64,000 bases of DNA from Candidatus Latescibacterota bacterium (GTDB lineage: Bacteria > Latescibacterota > UBA2968 > UBA8231): contig OZ241867.1 in NCBI GenBank assembly GCA_965203175.1, positions 3,200,001 through 3,264,000 of the forward strand, read 5' to 3'. The position numbers and the translations under genes were made by a program. The notes under the pieces are model-generated. The model was not told the origin of the DNA, did no database searches, and was given only the letters and a program-made list of their open reading frames with translations. This document shows, piece after piece, positions 37,015-46,826 of this stretch. Numbering within the stretch: the stretch's first letter is position 1; each line of letters starts with the position of its first letter.

Positions 37015-38739
37015 TTACATCGCCGCCAAGTGTTCTGCCTGTGCATTCACGGCAAACCGGAAGGTCGCCAAAGCATGCTCAATTCCATCTTCATTGTAGC
37101 GAAATTCATTGGGTATTGATTCGTAACGCGCATGGACTCGCGTGAACAACGCTTGCCTCTGGTTGCTGAATTCTTCCCCATCCTGAACTCGTGCTTGCTT
37201 GAACATCTCCAACTCGGCTGACAGAAATTCCTTAAAGCCATAGATAGCATCCTGCTGACTGGTGATTTTTTCAAAGTGGTAGCCTAGGCCAGCTAGCCGG
37301 ATCGCTTTTGAGAGCATTGGAGGATGATTCTTGGCCACTTTGGCGATGAAATTCATGTAGGCGGGAACTTGATTGGCAGAAAGCCGCCCGCGCACACCCA
37401 TAAGCTCTGCATAAATCGCGTTCTTACTCCTCGGTTTCAGCAGATGCGGGACTGGCTTGAGGTGCTCAAACAACGTCAAGCAGCGCTTGAAATAGTTCTC
37501 GAGCGTCGGATCATAGAGCGTGGTGGTCACGCGTCGATATCCCTCAATCAATATCTTGGGATCCATCTCTGGCTTGAAGTTCAGGGTCATAGCGTTACCC
37601 CCGATGGAAACCTCCAAAATCCGGTTTTCCGACTTTAGACGGTTGTACATATCCGTGCCCTTCACAGCAGTCAACATATAGATTGGGGCCACGGGAATGC
37701 CCACCTCTTGGATAAACTCGATCTGGGCATCAAACACACCCTCATCATCATCATCTAGGCCCAAGATGAATCCTCCCTGAACCTGCATCCCTTTCTGCTG
37801 GATTTTGCGAACGGCATTGAAGAGATAATGCTCTTCCCGCTTGCTGATATTCTGCGGTTTCTTAGTCTTGAGCAATGCCTTGGGATTGGGGGTTTCAATG
37901 CCCAGGAACACAGTATCGAAACCCGCTTCGACCATAGCATCCATCAATTCATCCATGCGGGCGAGATTCACACTCGCTTCAGTGGTCAATGTAAAGGGAT
38001 ACCTATGTGTCCTTTGCCAATCGGCGAGCACCGGCAGCAGATTCATCGCATCTCGTTTGTTGCCGATGAAGTTGTCGTCAACCAGGAAAACTTGACCTCG
38101 CCAGCCCAGTCGATACAGCAATTCAAACTCGTTCACCAGCTGATCCGGCGTCTTGGTGCGGGGCACGCGACCATAGAGCTTGGTGATGTCGCAGAATTCA
38201 CAGTCGAATGGACACCCACGCGAGAACTGCACGCCCATTATGTCGTAATTTTTCATATCGATGAGGTCAAAGCGTGGGACCGGCGTCTGGGTAACATCCG
38301 GTTTGCGCGGCTCCCGATAAATCGCTTTGGCCTTACCGCTTGCCAGATCTCGCAGGAACTCTGGAAAGATTTCCTCAGCCTCATCCAGCACAAAATGATC
38401 TACGCCTTCAATCTCATCGTGAAATGTGGTGGGGTGGGGCCCCCCGGCCACCACGGGAACGCCAGCCTGATTACATCGCTCGATAACGGCCTGCAGAGAG
38501 ACTTGCTGAATAATCATGGTGGATGTAAACACCATATCAGCCCACTCCAAGTCCGACTGCTTTAGGGAAGTCACATTCATATCCACGACGCGGAGGTCGT
38601 ATTCCGGTGGAAACATCGCGGCGATAGTGAGCAGACCCAGAGGTGGAAAGGCCGACTTTATTCCCACAATCTCCAGCGCAAAATTTCCCCCCCAGTAGGT
38701 TGGTGGATGTTCGGGATAAACCAGTAGAGCATTAGGCAT
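37015..38739 (-). CDS. swfC: B12-binding radical SAM enzyme (HpnP/DUF4070-like), SwfC-like
   Basis: 'PPLGLLT', 'GGPHPT' cobalamin domain; CxxxCxxC 'RGCPFDCEFC'; 'VDDNFIGN', 'GFILGLDDD'. Confidence 0.85.
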   Translation of the reverse strand: MPNALLVYPEHPPTYWGGNFALEIVGIKSAFPPLGLLTIAAMFPPEYDLRVVDMNVTSLKQSDLEWADMVFTSTMIIQQVSLQAVIERCNQAGVPVVAGGPHPTTFHDEIEGVDHFVLDEAEEIFPEFLRDLASGKAKAIYREPRKPDVTQTPVPRFDLIDMKNYDIMGVQFSRGCPFDCEFCDITKLYGRVPRTKTPDQLVNEFELLYRLGWRGQVFLVDDNFIGNKRDAMNLLPVLADWQRTHRYPFTLTTEASVNLARMDELMDAMVEAGFDTVFLGIETPNPKALLKTKKPQNISKREEHYLFNAVRKIQQKGMQVQGGFILGLDDDDEGVFDAQIEFIQEVGIPVAPIYMLTAVKGTDMYNRLKSENRILEVSIGGNAMTLNFKPEMDPKILIEGYRRVTTTLYDPTLENYFKRCLTLFEHLKPVPHLLKPRSKNAIYAELMGVRGRLSANQVPAYMNFIAKVAKNHPPMLSKAIRLAGLGYHFEKITSQQDAIYGFKEFLSAELEMFKQARVQDGEEFSNQRQALFTRVHARYESIPNEFRYNEDGIEHALATFRFAVNAQAEHLAAM

Positions 38740-38770
38740 GGCAAAATTCCCTCTATCCCTCTTTTTAGGG

Positions 38771-41700
38771 TTAGCGCACAGGGAAGGTGCTCAATTCGGC
38801 ACCGTCCCCCTGTGGAAAGTGATCTGCGAGTGGGTTGGCGAAAGCCGATGGTGCGCGGCGGACGCGCTGCTGGTCAGCAAGGGAGTCAGCCGCTAGTTCG
38901 GTCGCATCCATCTCGGCTTGGTCCTCTTCAGCATCCTTCTTGCCGTGGATGATGTCTTGGGCCAACGACAGCGAGGAGGCCGTAGTCATCAATTCGAGGG
39001 CGCTGACCTGATAGTTGAACTGCATGCGGATGAACCCCCCCAGTTCGGCGACCGAGATCGACGTGAGTCCGAAGCTGGACAAGGGTTCCTCCACGCCACC
39101 TTCGTCGTGTCCGCACAGTTCGGCGACCTTGCTGGCGATCTGATCCACCACGGTGTCCAGAGTGAGTTGGCCACCGGTATCGACCGCGAATGCATCCGGG
39201 TTGTTGAGCACGCGTCCGGTGCGCATGTAATCGGGCGAGTCAACCGTCAATGGTGGGCGGGCGAACAGGGCGGTGATCAGGTGATCCTGGTCGTCCATGC
39301 TGCGCATGGCGTAATCGAGGTTGGTAATGGCAAAATCGGCGCTGATCGGCGGCATACCCGACGACCGCGTTATGCGCAGCACGTGCAGATTGCGCGAGGC
39401 CATGCCAGCCTCGGCGACCGCGGCGAGGTTGTAGCATAGTGCGGGCAGCCCCTGGCGGCGGCGGAAGGCCGCCAAGCCGTCCAGAAACCCGTTGGCGGCG
39501 CTGTAGTTGATCTGTCCCGGGTTGCCCAGCGTCGAGGCGATGGAGGAGAACAGCACGAAGTGGTCGAGGGGGCAGTCGGTCGTCGCCAGATGGAGATTGA
39601 GGGCACCGCGCGCCTTGGGTGCAAATACCTTGGCCAGCGATTCGTTCGTCAGGTCGGTTAGCAGGCAATCGGCCAACGTGCCCGCGAGGTGGAATACGCC
39701 CTTCAGCGGCCGCTGCAACCCGGCGATACAGCGCCGGACGTCTGCCTCTTCGGCGACGTCGCCTTGGACGATGTCGATGTCGATCTGTTCTGTGAGGTAC
39801 CACAGAGCACTGGTTTTCCGCACCCAGTCCGCGCTGCGGCGGCGCTGCGGGTCGCGGTCCAGCAAGGTGAGATGCCGCGCACCAGCGGACGCCAGATAGG
39901 GCAGCAACAGCTTGCCGAATCCGCCCATGCCGCCGGTGACTAGGTAGGTCGCGTCGGGGTCGAGGAATGGGCGCAGATCGACAATCGGGAGTGAGTGATT
40001 GCTCGGTTCCCCCAGTGCCTGTAGGACCAGTTTTCCGGTGTGCTGGCCGGTGGTCATCAAGCGCAGTGCTTGGGCATAGTCGCGGTAGGAGAAGGAGGTG
40101 ATCGGCAACGGTGGCACGGCACCCTGCTCCAGCAGGTTTATGCACTCCTGCGAAAGCTCGTGTGCCAGCACTGGGTCGTCGCTCATCATGCGGTCGATGT
40201 CGATCGCTGCAAAGCGCAAGTTCTTGCGGAAGACACTCAGGCTGAGCGCGTTGTCGGAGTAGATATCGACCTTGCCGATCTCGCAGTGCCAGCCGCCGGG
40301 CCGCAACGCCTCCAGGCACAGCGTGATGTGGCGGCCGGCTAGAGAGTTCAGTACCACGTCAACTCCTTCACCGCTGGTCGCTGTCATCAGTTCGTCGTAC
40401 CAGTCGTAGCTGTGCGAATCGAATGCCGCGCGCACGCCTAGCGCGAGCAGTTGCTCTCGCTTGCTCTCGCTGCCGGCCGTGGCGTAGATCTCCGCTCCCG
40501 CGTGCTTGGCTAGGGCGATGGCCGCTTGGCCGACGCCACCCATGGCCGAGTGGATGAGGACGCGCTGGCCCTTGCGCAGGCGAGCCAGATGAATCAGCGA
40601 ATAGTACGCGGTGACGTAAACCGACAGTACTGAAGCGGCCTCCTCCATGCTCAGGGATGCGGGTTTGGCGAACACTAGGTGTTCGTTGACCACGGCGCGA
40701 TTGGTGATGCACCCGCCTTGGGTAAAGGCCACGGCATCGCCGACGCGGCACGCGCGCACGGCATCGCCAACGCGGCGGACGATTCCGCTGGCCTCCATCC
40801 CCACTGTGCGGCCCAGCGCCGAGCGTTCGTAGGACAGGGCCGGCAGCAACCCCAACGTCACCATGACGTCGCGGAAGTTGAGCGCCGCGGCTGCCACGTC
40901 GATCTCTACATCGTGCGGTCCTAGAGATGCGGGTTGGTAGGTCTTCATCTGTAGGCCGCCGATTTGCCCTGGATTGTCTAGGGTCAGCCGGTACGGGGTT
41001 TCCTCGTCCGCCGGCACGAGCGGAGACCGCTCCCGGATACTGATCAGCCTCGGCGTCCATACCTGTTTGTGGCGCACTGCCAGCTCGCGTTCGCGCAGGT
41101 CGCAGGTGCCGAGCCAGGCCAGCGTCTGTAGATCCTCCGGGGCGTCCAGATCGACCAACCGGAAATCAATTTGCGCCTCCGTACCTACGTCCGCGGCGAT
41201 CTCTTGGCTTATGCTGCGGACCGCTCCCCACGCGGCACTTGCGCGCGGGTTCGCCACTTCTAACGCGGCGCGGCGCGTCACCACGGTCAAGCGGCAGGGG
41301 CAGCGCGCCTGCGCCACCCGGAAGGGTATCAGCGCCTTGACGAAGGCGACTAGGCGCGCTGCTAGCTTTTCGCCGGTCGGGTCGTGTGGGTCAGAGCCGC
41401 AGAAGATGTCGATGGCCTGCAGGTCGGCTGCCGCTGGCCAGTCGGCAAGTGCGTCGATGCGGTCGTCTGCCAGGTCCGCACAGGGAATGGCGGACACCTC
41501 GGGCGAGTCGAGGAGCGCCAGCCACTGATCCGACAGGCTGTCTGGCTCGCCGATTACCCAGCGGGGGCCGGGTAGTTGTTGCGGTTCGGGAGTATCCTCG
41601 GCGGTGTACGGGGCTTGCAGCAGGGTAGTGTGCCGGTCGGCGCGCACTGTAGTCCAGCCGGCGTCCGGCTCAAAGGCTTCGCTTTCGGCGTGCGCGACTA

Positions 41701-44700
41701 GTGCTAGGCCACCGGGGACCGCTAGATGGCGCAGCAAGCGCCATTGCTCCGTTCCCAACTCCGCGGCGTCTTCATGGAGCAAGAGAATTTCGGCGGCGTG
41801 CGGCCGCAGCAAGCCGGTACCTAGTTCCGGTGTCTGCTCCGTGGCGAGGTCAAGGCAGGCAAAGCGCAGGGCGGCATCGTGGCTATGGAAGGCGTCGTAG
41901 TGGGCGCGGGTCTGCTCCTGTGTATCGCCGATCAGCCAGAATTCGGTCTGCGCATCGGCACTCCCGAGGTAATCGAGGCATTGATTGAGGATGGTTTGCT
42001 CAGGGCGGCGTCCGCCCGCGAACTCGACGACGTGGCAGGCGTAGCGGTCGCCGTCGCCGGGCTGCTCGAGGGCGGCGATCAATGCAGCGGGTTCGATCTC
42101 GCCATCCGGCAGGCGGTGCAGGAAAGACTGCGCGTCGGCGACGAACTTGGGCTGCCAAGAGACGATGTGCTTGCTGTGCGGCAGGTCGTTCCAGCGTGGA
42201 TTGGAATTGAAGGAGACGTACGCGTCAATGCACAAGACGAGGTCGCCCGTAGCGCCGTCGTAGAAACGGATGCTGCCCCCAGATCGCTCGCCGCGCCGCT
42301 CCGTAAACTGCCCCAGTTCGTTCACATCCGCCCAATCAGGGTCTTTCTTCACGTGGCAGGTGAGACGCGGTCCGGTCGGCGGCCGCAGAAACGTCACACC
42401 TTGGGCGCGCTGCGGGAGGGCGAAGATGTCCGTCGCGCGCAGCAAATGATAGAGGAAGATCTGCAACCCGCCGTCGAGCAGCGCGGGGTTGGCGACGTAT
42501 CCTTCCTCGCGACCAGTTGTCCATAACTCCTCATCCATCTCCACGTCGAACAGATAGTCGCCCGTGCTGTTGTCGCTTAAAACGCGCTGGATGTTCTGGA
42601 AATAAGGACCGTACTGGAAGGTTTCGCCGAGGCTGGCATCCACGCGCTCGTAGAAATCGCTTTCGCCCACAAAGTAGTAGGGCGCGAACGGAGTGGTGTC
42701 GATATCCGCTAGGCGCAGTGGCACGTTTACTGGGTGATCGCTGCTCACCAGGCGCACCTTGCCGCGGGAGTGCAATTCGCTGTGCGCCTCAGTCTCGTAG
42801 GAGCGGGACGAGATGGTGAAGGTGAATTCGTCCGGCGCGTTGGCGACCGGGAACAACTCGGTATGCAGCCGCACCGGCGTCTTGGGGATCGGACACGGCT
42901 GGAGGAATTCAAGCGTTTCGACATGCAGTGGAACGCCCTCGAACGCCTGCAGGAGCAGTTCGATGTACCCAGCCGCCGGCATGATCGAGGCATGGTGCAC
43001 GCGGTGCTCTGCCAGCCAAGGAAAGTCCCGCTCCGACAGCCGCGCTTCAAACAGCAGGTGTTCACACGGGACCTGATGGCCGATCAGCGGACCGTGGGCG
43101 TACTCGCCCAGATTGAGGAACATCTCGTCATCGCTCATCTCGTCGGCCTCCCCCTGATCGTCGCGCGGATAGCCGGGCAGCAGGTGGACAATCGGTTCGG
43201 GGCGCAGGTACTGCGCGGCGAAGTCTAGTTCTACTCCAGCTCTGAATAGCGCTCCTAGGGCTTCCTGGAAGCCGAGGCAGACATCGGAGTCGCGCATCAG
43301 CGTCGGAATGCAGGCCGCTCCTTGAGCGTTGCCTTCCAGACACTGCGCGATAGTGGGTTGCAAGGCGCTGTGCGGCGCGACTTCCAAGACGACATCGGGC
43401 CGATAATCCCGCATGATGGTTTCCATTGCCGCGGCGAACCGCACGGGCTGGCGGATATTTGCCCACCAGTAGGCACCATCCAGCCGCTCCGTTTGCTCAC
43501 TGGTCACCGAGGAAACCATCGGCACGTCAACATCGAAGTTGCAATCGTTCAGGAAGGACAGGGCCGTCACTGCGTCGTCTTTGAGCGGATCCATGGCGCT
43601 GGAATGGAAGGCGATATTGCCGGGAATCAGCCGATTCTGCAGGTTGCGCCGCTCCAATTCTTCCACGATGGGCTGTAAAGCGGTCTCCTGGCCGCAAATG
43701 ACGGTGCTGGCCGGTGCGTTCTCGCAGGCGATTTCAACCTGCGTTGCCCGGTCGTTTTCGGGCCGAAAGGAGACCTGCAACGCGTCGAGCAGTTCCTCCA
43801 AACCCGGCCGGTCGAGGCCGATTGCCAGCATGCGGCCGGAACCGGCTCTGCGCTGCTGCAATGTAGCGCGATGGAAAACTAGATGCGTCGCCTCCGCTAG
43901 GGACAGTGCCCCGCAGGCGTAGGCGGCGGCTACTTCGCCGGAGCTATGGCCGACGACGCAGTCTGGATAGACTCCCCAAGTCTTGAACAATTCTACCAAG
44001 GCGCACTGGATTGTGAAGATGACGGGCTGGGCTAGCTGGACCTCATTGAGCGCCTCTTGGGGGGCGGAGAAACAGGCCTCGCGCAGCGAGATATCCGAGT
44101 GCTTCCGCCAGTGTTCTTCAACAGCATCAATAACGCGGCGGAAAACCGGGTCGGCGTCGTAGAGGGCGCGGCCGCAACCGGCCCACTGCGTGCCCTGGCC
44201 GGAAAATACCATCGCTATCCGCCGCTCGCCCTCATCGACCGTGGCGATGGGTGTTGGATCTTCGGCAAAGCCCTTTAGTGCCTCAATTAGTTCCTGTTGG
44301 GTGCGCACGGCAAATGAGGTACGCGCGGCGAAGTGGGTGCGGCGACGGCTGAGATTGCCCGCTAGCGCATAGAGGTCCAGCTCCTGCTCAGCGAGCGTTT
44401 CCCCTAGCTGTTGCGCGCTCTTTTCCAGCGCGCCGGACGTGCGCGCCGACAGGGGGATCATGAAGCCGGCCTTGGGTGCCAGCGGCACCGACCATATTCG
44501 GGGTTGCTCGGGGCGGTATTCGCGCACCACGCAGTGCCCGTTGGACCCGCCAAAGCCGAACGAGTTGATGCCGACCACCACCGGGTGATCGGGGAACGGT
44601 TCGCAGTCGGTCTGCACCTGCATCGGACAACTTTCGAAGTCGATCTCCGGATTCGGCACTAGGTAATTCTTCGAAACCGGCGCGAAAGTACGCCGCTGCA

Positions 44701-45832
44701 TCATCAGCACGATCTTGAGCAAGGCGCAACTGAACGCGGCAGCTTCCATGTGCCCCACGTTGCTCTTGACGCCCGAAACCCGCAGCGGCGCGGCGCGCTC
44801 GCCGCTGCCGAACGCTTCGGCGATGGCGTTGCCCTCGATGCGGTCGCCGACCACGGTGCCGGTGGCATGGGCTTCAATATAGTCGAACTCCTGCGGCGTG
44901 CGGCCCGCACGGGCATAGGCTGTGCGCATCAACTCCACCTGTGCATGGCGGGTCGGTGCGGTGATGTATCTCCCCTGCGCTAGGCCGGCGCTGCCGTCGG
45001 CGGCACCGGCCGAATTGACTGCGGTCGCCTCCACTACGGCGTGGATGGGGTCCCCGTCCCGTTCGGCCGCGGCTAGGGGTTTGAGCGCGAAGACAAACGC
45101 CCCTTCCGAGCGCATGTACCCATTGGCTTCCGCGTCGAAGGAGTGGCACTTCCCGTCCGAACTGATCACCCCCAACGCATTGAAGCCTGTGCTGAGCCGG
45201 GCCGATCCGAGGTAATTGGCCGATCCGAGGAAGGCTTGGTCGCAGTCGCCGGAGTGCAGCGCATTGATCGCCGTGTGCAACGCCGTCAGGCTGGCGGAAC
45301 AAGCCGTGCAACAGGCGAGCGACGGCCCCATCAAGTTGAAGTGGTAGGAGATGCGGTTGGCCAGCATGGCCACGCTGATACTGGCGATGGAAAACTCAGT
45401 TGCCCCCAGCGGCCTGCGCCAGTTGGACGTCGCTGGAACTTGCGCGCCGATGAACACGCCCGTGCGGCTGTTGCGCAGCGACTGTAAGTCCCAGCCAACC
45501 CGCTCGCAGGTCTCCCAAGTGCAGGTCAACAGCATCCGCACGTGCGGATCGGCTGACAGCATTTCGTGGTGCGACATCCCGAAGAGACTGCGATCGAAGC
45601 TCTTTTCTCCATCCTCGCGGATCAGCCCCTCATAGGGACTGGCAAACCGCCCTGGGCCGGAGAAGTCGCCGATTGGCCGGTAGCCTCTGCCGTAGCGCTT
45701 GGTTACGGGTTCCTGCACAATCTCGCGTTCGCTGAGCAGCCGCCAGAAATCGTCGTCGGTGTCGATTTCGCCTGGCATGCGGTAGCTGTATCCTACGATG
45801 GCAACGGCATCTTCGGACTTTGGTGAATTCAT
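38771..45832 (-). CDS. swfA: Monomodular highly reducing type I PKS/FAS (KS-AT-DH-ER-KR-ACP), SwfA-like
   Basis: KS 'TACSAS', 'EAHATGT', 'KSNVGHME'; AT 'GHSSGE', 'IAFHS'; DH 'HRVHHASIMP', 'DGGLQ'; ER 'LIHSAMGGVG'; KR 'TGGMGGFG', 'YSAAN'; ACP 'FGLTSI'; no TE domain. Confidence 0.9.
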   Translation of the reverse strand: MNSPKSEDAVAIVGYSYRMPGEIDTDDDFWRLLSEREIVQEPVTKRYGRGYRPIGDFSGPGRFASPYEGLIREDGEKSFDRSLFGMSHHEMLSADPHVRMLLTCTWETCERVGWDLQSLRNSRTGVFIGAQVPATSNWRRPLGATEFSIASISVAMLANRISYHFNLMGPSLACCTACSASLTALHTAINALHSGDCDQAFLGSANYLGSARLSTGFNALGVISSDGKCHSFDAEANGYMRSEGAFVFALKPLAAAERDGDPIHAVVEATAVNSAGAADGSAGLAQGRYITAPTRHAQVELMRTAYARAGRTPQEFDYIEAHATGTVVGDRIEGNAIAEAFGSGERAAPLRVSGVKSNVGHMEAAAFSCALLKIVLMMQRRTFAPVSKNYLVPNPEIDFESCPMQVQTDCEPFPDHPVVVGINSFGFGGSNGHCVVREYRPEQPRIWSVPLAPKAGFMIPLSARTSGALEKSAQQLGETLAEQELDLYALAGNLSRRRTHFAARTSFAVRTQQELIEALKGFAEDPTPIATVDEGERRIAMVFSGQGTQWAGCGRALYDADPVFRRVIDAVEEHWRKHSDISLREACFSAPQEALNEVQLAQPVIFTIQCALVELFKTWGVYPDCVVGHSSGEVAAAYACGALSLAEATHLVFHRATLQQRRAGSGRMLAIGLDRPGLEELLDALQVSFRPENDRATQVEIACENAPASTVICGQETALQPIVEELERRNLQNRLIPGNIAFHSSAMDPLKDDAVTALSFLNDCNFDVDVPMVSSVTSEQTERLDGAYWWANIRQPVRFAAAMETIMRDYRPDVVLEVAPHSALQPTIAQCLEGNAQGAACIPTLMRDSDVCLGFQEALGALFRAGVELDFAAQYLRPEPIVHLLPGYPRDDQGEADEMSDDEMFLNLGEYAHGPLIGHQVPCEHLLFEARLSERDFPWLAEHRVHHASIMPAAGYIELLLQAFEGVPLHVETLEFLQPCPIPKTPVRLHTELFPVANAPDEFTFTISSRSYETEAHSELHSRGKVRLVSSDHPVNVPLRLADIDTTPFAPYYFVGESDFYERVDASLGETFQYGPYFQNIQRVLSDNSTGDYLFDVEMDEELWTTGREEGYVANPALLDGGLQIFLYHLLRATDIFALPQRAQGVTFLRPPTGPRLTCHVKKDPDWADVNELGQFTERRGERSGGSIRFYDGATGDLVLCIDAYVSFNSNPRWNDLPHSKHIVSWQPKFVADAQSFLHRLPDGEIEPAALIAALEQPGDGDRYACHVVEFAGGRRPEQTILNQCLDYLGSADAQTEFWLIGDTQEQTRAHYDAFHSHDAALRFACLDLATEQTPELGTGLLRPHAAEILLLHEDAAELGTEQWRLLRHLAVPGGLALVAHAESEAFEPDAGWTTVRADRHTTLLQAPYTAEDTPEPQQLPGPRWVIGEPDSLSDQWLALLDSPEVSAIPCADLADDRIDALADWPAAADLQAIDIFCGSDPHDPTGEKLAARLVAFVKALIPFRVAQARCPCRLTVVTRRAALEVANPRASAAWGAVRSISQEIAADVGTEAQIDFRLVDLDAPEDLQTLAWLGTCDLRERELAVRHKQVWTPRLISIRERSPLVPADEETPYRLTLDNPGQIGGLQMKTYQPASLGPHDVEIDVAAAALNFRDVMVTLGLLPALSYERSALGRTVGMEASGIVRRVGDAVRACRVGDAVAFTQGGCITNRAVVNEHLVFAKPASLSMEEAASVLSVYVTAYYSLIHLARLRKGQRVLIHSAMGGVGQAAIALAKHAGAEIYATAGSESKREQLLALGVRAAFDSHSYDWYDELMTATSGEGVDVVLNSLAGRHITLCLEALRPGGWHCEIGKVDIYSDNALSLSVFRKNLRFAAIDIDRMMSDDPVLAHELSQECINLLEQGAVPPLPITSFSYRDYAQALRLMTTGQHTGKLVLQALGEPSNHSLPIVDLRPFLDPDATYLVTGGMGGFGKLLLPYLASAGARHLTLLDRDPQRRRSADWVRKTSALWYLTEQIDIDIVQGDVAEEADVRRCIAGLQRPLKGVFHLAGTLADCLLTDLTNESLAKVFAPKARGALNLHLATTDCPLDHFVLFSSIASTLGNPGQINYSAANGFLDGLAAFRRRQGLPALCYNLAAVAEAGMASRNLHVLRITRSSGMPPISADFAITNLDYAMRSMDDQDHLITALFARPPLTVDSPDYMRTGRVLNNPDAFAVDTGGQLTLDTVVDQIASKVAELCGHDEGGVEEPLSSFGLTSISVAELGGFIRMQFNYQVSALELMTTASSLSLAQDIIHGKKDAEEDQAEMDATELAADSLADQQRVRRAPSAFANPLADHFPQGDGAELSTFPVR

Positions 45833-45866
45833 TTTCTTGGAATCTCCTCGACGATATAGAACGCAA

Positions 45867-45982
45867 AAGCCTTCTTAAAATTCCTGAGTAGACGCACTCG
45901 CCTTACACGTCGCTTTTGCACCACCTGAAGTCGGCGGGTATGCGCTCGCGTTCGGGGCGTACTGGGAATTTTAAAAAGGCTT
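45867..45982. repeat. ~116-bp element with imperfect terminal inverted repeats (MITE-like)
   Basis: Left end aagccttcttaaaattcctgagtagacgc; reverse complement of right end aagcctttttaaaattcccagtacgc. Confidence 0.6.
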
Positions 45983-45994
45983 CTTAGGGCGGTA

Positions 45995-46279
45995 TTACTT
46001 CTTATCGACTACTTCATTGAGCGTCTCTTCCGCTAAGTTGAATATCGTTTCCAGAATTTGCTTGCGCCGCAATCTCATTTCCTCAACCCTGTTCCACAAT
46101 GCGTCCTTTATCTTCTCGACTGCTTCTGCACGTATCTCGGGAGAGAGGGTGCTGTCAGTCCTAAACTCGTATTTCTCAACTGTGAAATCAGCAATATCTA
46201 GTATGTTCTCCCCCAAGACATTTAAATCGACTGAGCTTCTAATCTGTCCGATTTTTTCTTCGTTGTTGATGTCGCTCAT
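45995..46279 (-). CDS. Hypothetical 94-aa acidic helical protein
   Basis: GAGGAG RBS; clean ORF between a STAS gene and the PKS; no motif recognised. Confidence 0.7.
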   Translation of the reverse strand: MSDINNEEKIGQIRSSVDLNVLGENILDIADFTVEKYEFRTDSTLSPEIRAEAVEKIKDALWNRVEEMRLRRKQILETIFNLAEETLNEVVDKK

Positions 46280-46324
46280 CTTTGTTACTCCTCGTGTGAA
46301 GTGGTTGTTGGGATAGGGGTCTGC

Positions 46325-46672
46325 TTAATTCTTCTTAAATTCGCCAATTGCCGCATCCCGAGACTCGTAAATCGAAATGATCTCATCAAAGCCGCTGGCG
46401 GCGATAATTTCGCGCACTGGATCAGAGAGCGAGCAAATGCCAAATTGCTTGCCTGGTTCGTTGAACTGCTTAGCCATTACCAGGCCAATTCGAAGGCCTG
46501 CGCTGCTGATGTAGGAAACTCGCTCAAAGTCCAAGAGTAAGGCTTGGTCGGCGGAATTTATTTCAGCCTCCAAGACCTTTTGAAATTCATCGGCGTTGCT
46601 GCTGTCGATACGACCGAGAATTATCGCGATCAGAATACCTTGTATGCGCTCCCACTTGACATCGAATCCCAT
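46325..46672 (-). CDS. STAS-domain anti-sigma factor antagonist (RsbV/SpoIIAA-like)
   Basis: 'GRIDSSNA', 'LDFERVSYISSAGLR' with the phosphoacceptor Ser; AAGGAG RBS. Confidence 0.9.
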   Translation of the reverse strand: MGFDVKWERIQGILIAIILGRIDSSNADEFQKVLEAEINSADQALLLDFERVSYISSAGLRIGLVMAKQFNEPGKQFGICSLSDPVREIIAASGFDEIISIYESRDAAIGEFKKN

Positions 46673-46826
46673 TTTGAATCTGTCTCCTTTAAAATTGTCT
46701 CATACGTTTCGGCCGATGGGCCTTACGCCAAATAATTGCCGTATTGGACATGGCTGCTTTCGCAAACAACCCACAAACTAAAAAATACTCCCCAATGGTC
46801 AAACGATTTTTACACCAAGACGTAGC

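Noticed and set aside
41650-42100. C-methyltransferase domain in the PKS between DH and ER
   Set aside because: Only a degenerate 'VVEFAGG' remains in place of the ExGxGxG SAM motif; treated as a structural pseudo-MT region
46673-46826. Hairpin ggttgttt-gcga-aagcagcc between the STAS genes as a c-di-GMP or other riboswitch
   Set aside because: The rest of the consensus is missing; an Rfam/Infernal scan would be needed
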